A DNA stretch of 10,914 bases from an uncultured Deinococcales bacterium. Its GTDB lineage: Bacteria > Deinococcota > Deinococci > Deinococcales > JAAFIG01. Positions 7,313-10,914 of this stretch are shown here, piece after piece (the stretch's first letter is position 1; every line of letters starts with the position of its first letter). Location of the stretch: positions 1-10,914 of the forward strand of contig CAXTKV010000179.1 of NCBI GenBank assembly GCA_964244895.1. The letters run 5' to 3'. The notes under the pieces were generated by a model. It ran no database searches and was not told where the DNA came from. It saw only the letters and a program-made list of their open reading frames with translations. A program made the translations under genes and the position numbers.

Positions 7313-8736
7313 GCTTGCGCTGGCGGTTGACGCTGTTCTACGCGGTGGTTTCCGGGCTGATTCTGATCCTGGGCGGCCTGGTTCTGTTTTTCAGTTTGCG
7401 CTCGAGCCTGTACCGCCTGCTCGACCAGTCCTTGATGGAGGCGACCTCGATGATCGCGCGGCGTTTCGATGGAAATGGCCCGCATCCCGATTCGCCGAAC
7501 GGGATGCGACCATCCACCGGTTCGCCGAATGGGATGCGACCATCCACCAATGACCCGAACGGCGTTCACGCGCCCAACCACCGCGATTCCGACGGCTTGC
7601 GCCCCCGGCTTTCCGGAGACATTGCGCTGAGCGTCTTCGACGCCGACGGTCAACCGAACGACAGCCTTCCGGCCAGCCCCGTCGACGCGCCCCTGATGCC
7701 GGGCTTCGCGAGCATCGATGGCTACCGCGTGTTGAGTGTGCGCGCCCCGGACGGACGCTGGGTTCAGGCTGCGCGCAGCGAAGCCGATGCGCAAAACACC
7801 CTCAAGGGCACGCGAGATTTGCTGATGTTCGGCTTTCCGCTGCTCTTGGCGCTCGGGTTGGGGGCGGGGTACTGGCTGGCGGATCGGGCGCTCAAACCGG
7901 TGGACGCGGTGTCTTTGCTGGCGGCGCGCATCGCGGCTTCCGGCAAACCCGGCGAGCGCGTCCCCGAGGCGCAGGGCAGCGACGAGATGGCCCGTTTGAC
8001 GCGCACCGTCAACGCCATGCTCGAGAAACTCGAGGCCCTGATCGCGCAGGAGCGCGCCTTCGCGCTGGCCGCCGCGCACGAGTTGCGCACGCCGCTGGCG
8101 GTCTTGCAGGGTCGGGTCAGCCTGAGCCTGGAGCGCGAACGCAGCCCGGAGCACTACCGTCAATCGCTGGAAACCGTCTCGCGCACCACCCAGGAGTTGA
8201 CGCGCTTGGTCGAGGGCTTGCTGACGCTGGCGCGCACGCAAGCGCCGTCCCAACCGATCGCGCTCGACCTGGCGGACATCGGGCTGGAAGTCGCGGAAGC
8301 CCAGGCGGACGCGGCCAAAGCCAGAGGGCAACGCATCGCGCTGGAGTTGTCTTCTGCGCCCGCTTACGGCGATCCCGCCGCGCTGCGGCTGGCGGTCTCG
8401 AACCTGATCAGGAACGCCATCCGGTACGGGCGCGAGGGCGGTCGGATCGTGGTGCGCAGCGTGATTGATACCGACGCCCGGATCGAGGTCTGCGACGATG
8501 GCCCCGGCGTCGCTGAGGCCGATCTGGAACGCCTGCGCCGCCCGTTCCAGCGCGGTCACGGGTTGCAAGCCATCCAGGGTTCCGGCTTGGGGCTGGCGCT
8601 GGTGGACGCCATTGCGGAGCAGCACGGCGGGCGGCTCGAGCTCGGGCGCGCGCCGGAGGGCGGTCTGCGGGCCGCGATTCGCTTGCCCGGAACGCCGACT
8701 GAGCGCTCGAGCCAGCTCGTGAGCCGTTCGGTTTGA
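7309..8736 (+). CDS. Membrane sensor histidine kinase (HAMP-HisKA-HATPase_c)
   Basis: GTGA overlaps the regulator stop. The protein has two TM helices, a HAMP domain (DEMARLTRTVNAML), H-box AAHELRTPL, N-box NLIRNAIRY and G boxes DDGPGV and GSGLGLALV. Confidence 0.95.
   Translation: MSLRWRLTLFYAVVSGLILILGGLVLFFSLRSSLYRLLDQSLMEATSMIARRFDGNGPHPDSPNGMRPSTGSPNGMRPSTNDPNGVHAPNHRDSDGLRPRLSGDIALSVFDADGQPNDSLPASPVDAPLMPGFASIDGYRVLSVRAPDGRWVQAARSEADAQNTLKGTRDLLMFGFPLLLALGLGAGYWLADRALKPVDAVSLLAARIAASGKPGERVPEAQGSDEMARLTRTVNAMLEKLEALIAQERAFALAAAHELRTPLAVLQGRVSLSLERERSPEHYRQSLETVSRTTQELTRLVEGLLTLARTQAPSQPIALDLADIGLEVAEAQADAAKARGQRIALELSSAPAYGDPAALRLAVSNLIRNAIRYGREGGRIVVRSVIDTDARIEVCDDGPGVAEADLERLRRPFQRGHGLQAIQGSGLGLALVDAIAEQHGGRLELGRAPEGGLRAAIRLPGTPTERSSQLVSRSV
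7491..7580 (+). repeat. In-frame 30-bp tandem repeat in the kinase extracytoplasmic region
   Basis: TTCGCCGAACGGGATGCGACCATCCACC (7491) and TTCGCCGAATGGGATGCGACCATCCACC (7521) are 27/28 identical, with a degenerate third unit at 7551. They encode SPNGMRPSTG/SPNGMRPSTN/DPNGVHAPNH. Confidence 0.85.
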
Positions 8737-8771
8737 AGCGCGGCGCAGATCGGGCTCGAGCGTTTTGTCCG

Positions 8772-8830
8772 GGAAGACCGTCCCGGACGGTCTTTTGATG
8801 CCCAAAAAATACTGTCCTGGGCGGTGTTTC
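8772..8830. repeat. Intergenic composite palindromic element, copy 5 (may double as a terminator)
   Basis: Two successive palindromes, GAAGACCGTCC-C-GGACGGTCTTT and AAATACTGTCC-T-GGGCGGTGTTT, are joined by TGATGCCCAA. The first is followed by a T-run, 35 nt after the kinase stop. Confidence 0.8.
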
Positions 8831-8865
8831 CTGGATCTGACCGACGTGAGTGCGCTTTGAGGATC

Positions 8866-8922
8866 ACCTTTACCGAATCCTTGGAATTCAAGTCCGAAAC
8901 CTTTACCTCCCTGCCGCAAACT
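8866..8922 (+). promoter_or_regulatory. Putative regulated promoter with two ACCTTTACC boxes and -10-like CAAACT
   Basis: ACCTTTACC occurs at 8866-8874 and 8899-8907, 33 bp (3 x 11) apart. CAAACT lies 9 nt after the second box, as in the regulator promoter. Confidence 0.55.
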
Positions 8923-8973
8923 GCATCCATCGAAGCCCACCGGAAGGTGGCTCGAGCAAGAAAAGGAGTCATC

Positions 8974-9657
8974 ATGAACAAGAACTTCAAGATCGCCCTG
9001 GCCTCCATCGCCCTCGCGTCCGTGCCCGTGGCCGTCGGGGTGGTCAGCGCCCAGACCGCGCCAGCCGCGACTGCGCAGGCCACGAATTACGCCAACGTCT
9101 TCCTGGGCAAGCTCGCCAGCGCCTTGGGCGTCAGCGCCGACAAGCTGACGGCGGGCCTGAAGACCGCCGGGAACGCCACGATCGACGAGGCCCTGAAAGC
9201 CCAGGACATCACCAAAGCCCAGGCGGATCGTCTGCGCCAGGAAGTCGCCAGCGGTCAGTACGGCTTTTTCGGGCACGGCTTCGGCGGGGATCGCGGTATG
9301 GGCGGCCCCGGACGCGGCATGGGTGGCCGGGATATGGGTGGCCCCGGCATGGGCGATCGCGGTTTCGGTGGCGGACAGGCGATCTTCGACGCGGCAGCCA
9401 AAGCGCTCGGCCTGAGCGCGACCGACCTGCAGACGCAACTGCGCGCCGGTCAGACCCTGGATCAGATCGCCAAGACCAAGAACGTGGACATCAAGACCGT
9501 CCAGGCCGCGATGCTGGCCGCGCTCAAGACGCAACTCGACCAGGATGTCAAGGATGGTCGAATCACGCAAGCCCAGGCGGACGACGCGTACAACCGCGCC
9601 AAGACCGACCCGAACTTCGGGCTGCGCGGCCCCGGCATGGGTGGCCCGCGCCGATAA
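8974..9657 (+). CDS. Secreted hypothetical protein with duplicated helical module and Gly/Met-rich linker
   Basis: ATG at 8974 follows AGGAG, and there is a Sec signal MNKNFKIALASIALASVPVAVGVVSA. Repeated modules LASALGVSADKL / AAKALGLSATDL and ITKAQAD / ITQAQAD flank a GMGGPGRGMGGRDMGGPGMG linker. 227 aa. Confidence 0.85.
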   Translation: MNKNFKIALASIALASVPVAVGVVSAQTAPAATAQATNYANVFLGKLASALGVSADKLTAGLKTAGNATIDEALKAQDITKAQADRLRQEVASGQYGFFGHGFGGDRGMGGPGRGMGGRDMGGPGMGDRGFGGGQAIFDAAAKALGLSATDLQTQLRAGQTLDQIAKTKNVDIKTVQAAMLAALKTQLDQDVKDGRITQAQADDAYNRAKTDPNFGLRGPGMGGPRR

Positions 9658-9698
9658 GCGTCGGGTTCACACATTCCCGAATTCCAAGATCGTAAAGT

Positions 9699-9756
9699 CT
9701 CGAGAACACCGTGCGGTACGCGGGCGCGTCGATGCGTCCAGGACGGTGTTCTCGAG
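9699..9756. repeat. Intergenic composite palindromic element, copy 6
   Basis: CTCGAGAACACCGT (9699-9712) and ACGGTGTTCTCGAG (9743-9756) form a perfect 14-bp inverted repeat. The interior is shorter and divergent and ends in GCGTCC-A-GGACGG. Confidence 0.9.
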
Positions 9757-9784
9757 GATTATTTCAAGAATCTGGAGGTAAACC

Positions 9785-10273
9785 ATGAAACAGTTGGCTT
9801 TCGCCCTGATCGCCGCCGGTGTGGGCACGTTCGGCGCTCTCGCCGCCGTCACCGCGCCAGCCCAGGCGTCCACGCAGACCACCGCTCAAGTTCAGGCCGT
9901 GGATTTCCCGATCAACCTGAACACCGCCACCGACGAACAAATTCTGGCCGTGCCCGGCACGGGCCAGCGCATGCTGCGCGAGTTCAAGGAATACCGGCCC
10001 TATATCAACGTCGATCAGTTCCGCCGCGAGCTCGGCAAGTACGTGGACGCCGACCAGATCAACCAGTGGTTGCAGTACGTGTTCGTGCCGACCAACCCGA
10101 ACACCGCTACCGAAGCCCAACTGAGTGCCCTCAAGGGCGTGGACGAGACGATGGCCAAGTACATCGTCTCCAACCGCATCTACAAGGACTGGGCGGCGCT
10201 CAAGGCGTCCTTGGCCAAGAAGTACGACGCCAAGACCATCGCAGCGCTCGAGCGCTACTGGTCGTTCAAGTAA
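9785..10273 (+). CDS. Secreted helix-hairpin-helix (ComEA-like fold) protein with two HhH modules
   Basis: RBS GGAGG, a signal peptide ending AQA, and two modules: INLNTATDEQILAVPGTG..REFKEYRPY and NPNTATEAQLSALKGVD..KYIVSNRIY. Confidence 0.82.
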   Translation: MKQLAFALIAAGVGTFGALAAVTAPAQASTQTTAQVQAVDFPINLNTATDEQILAVPGTGQRMLREFKEYRPYINVDQFRRELGKYVDADQINQWLQYVFVPTNPNTATEAQLSALKGVDETMAKYIVSNRIYKDWAALKASLAKKYDAKTIAALERYWSFK

Positions 10274-10316
10274 ATCCGGCTCGAGCCGCGCGCAGTTGAT
10301 CAACGGGAGGTTTCTG

Positions 10317-10914
10317 ATGGACAACGACGATCTTCCAGTAGGCCGAATTCTCAGCCGCCGTCAGGCGTTGCGGTTGTTCACGGTGGGCGGTGCCAGCCTC
10401 AGCGCGGGACTGCTCGGCAGGCGAGTGATCGCCCAGGGAACGAGCGCTGGCTCGAGCGGCGCGACCGGATTGCCCGGTTGCGTGGTGCGCCCCGCCATGA
10501 CCGAAGGGCCGTATTTCGTGGATGAGAAACTCAACCGCAGCGACGTGCGCAAGGACTCGAAATCCGGCAAGACCAGCGCGGGCGCGCCGTTGGCGCTGAC
10601 CTTTCTGGTTTCAAAAGTTGGCGCTGGCAAGTGCGAGCCGCGCGGCGGCGTGATGGTCGACATCTGGCATTGTGATGCCGACGGTCGCTACTCGGACGAG
10701 AGCGCCAACGGTACGGTCGGTCAGAATTTCTTGCGCGGTTACCAACTGACGGACGCCGACGGCAAGGCCAGCTTCACGACCGTTTATCCCGGCTGGTATC
10801 AGGGTCGGGCGGTTCACATCCATTTCAAGCTCCGCACCGTCGCCAACGGAAAGATCACGGGCGAGTTCACGTCGCAACTTTTCTTCGACGACGCTTTGAG
10901 CGATCACGTCTACG
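10317..10914 (+). CDS. Tat-exported intradiol ring-cleavage dioxygenase family protein (3' end outside window)
   Basis: Missing from the ORF track because there is no stop in the window. ATG at 10317 follows GGGAGG and gives MDNDDLPVGRILSRRQALRLF (twin-arginine motif), then TEGPYF, RSDVR, VDIWHCDADGRYS, FLRGYQLTD, FTTVYPGWYQGRAVHIHFK and TSQLFF. The Tyr/Tyr/His/His iron ligands are present. Confidence 0.9.
   Translation, partial: MDNDDLPVGRILSRRQALRLFTVGGASLSAGLLGRRVIAQGTSAGSSGATGLPGCVVRPAMTEGPYFVDEKLNRSDVRKDSKSGKTSAGAPLALTFLVSKVGAGKCEPRGGVMVDIWHCDADGRYSDESANGTVGQNFLRGYQLTDADGKASFTTVYPGWYQGRAVHIHFKLRTVANGKITGEFTSQLFFDDALSDHVY

Noticed and set aside
7267..9570. 767-aa minus-strand ORF
   Set aside because: It is the antisense shadow of the kinase and secreted-protein genes. 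It has no recognisable domain, and long stop-free antisense frames are common at high GC.
261..9756. Repeat family as a CRISPR array
   Set aside because: Copies are separated by whole genes (0.9-4.6 kb), interiors are homologous rather than unique spacers, and no cas genes are present.

Overview
GC-rich bacterial chromosomal window, most likely Deinococcota, judging by the Thermus/Deinococcus-type bkd E1-beta and E2 proteins. From left to right: the end of a branched-chain 2-oxoacid dehydrogenase operon (E1-beta partial, E2); a minus-strand block with an AT-rich DUF4238 gene, a 78-aa hypothetical, a DMT/EamA transporter and an acetylpolyamine amidohydrolase (HDAC family); then a plus-strand block with a GH114/TM1410-like lipoprotein, an OmpR-family regulator and sensor kinase, a secreted Gly/Met-rich protein, a secreted double helix-hairpin-helix protein and a Tat-exported intradiol dioxygenase-family protein cut off by the window end. 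The main non-genic signals are three. (1) Six intergenic copies of a ~58-66 bp composite palindromic element (arms GAGAACACCGTCC / GGACGGTGTTCTC), each just downstream of a stop codon; two of them bracket the foreign-looking DUF4238 cassette. (2) About 39 copies of the palindrome CTCGAG, roughly 10 times the naive expectation, which also caps the repeat element. (3) An 11-bp-phased ACCTTTACC-type box upstream of three genes in the two-component block. All family calls are from motif recognition, not database searches.
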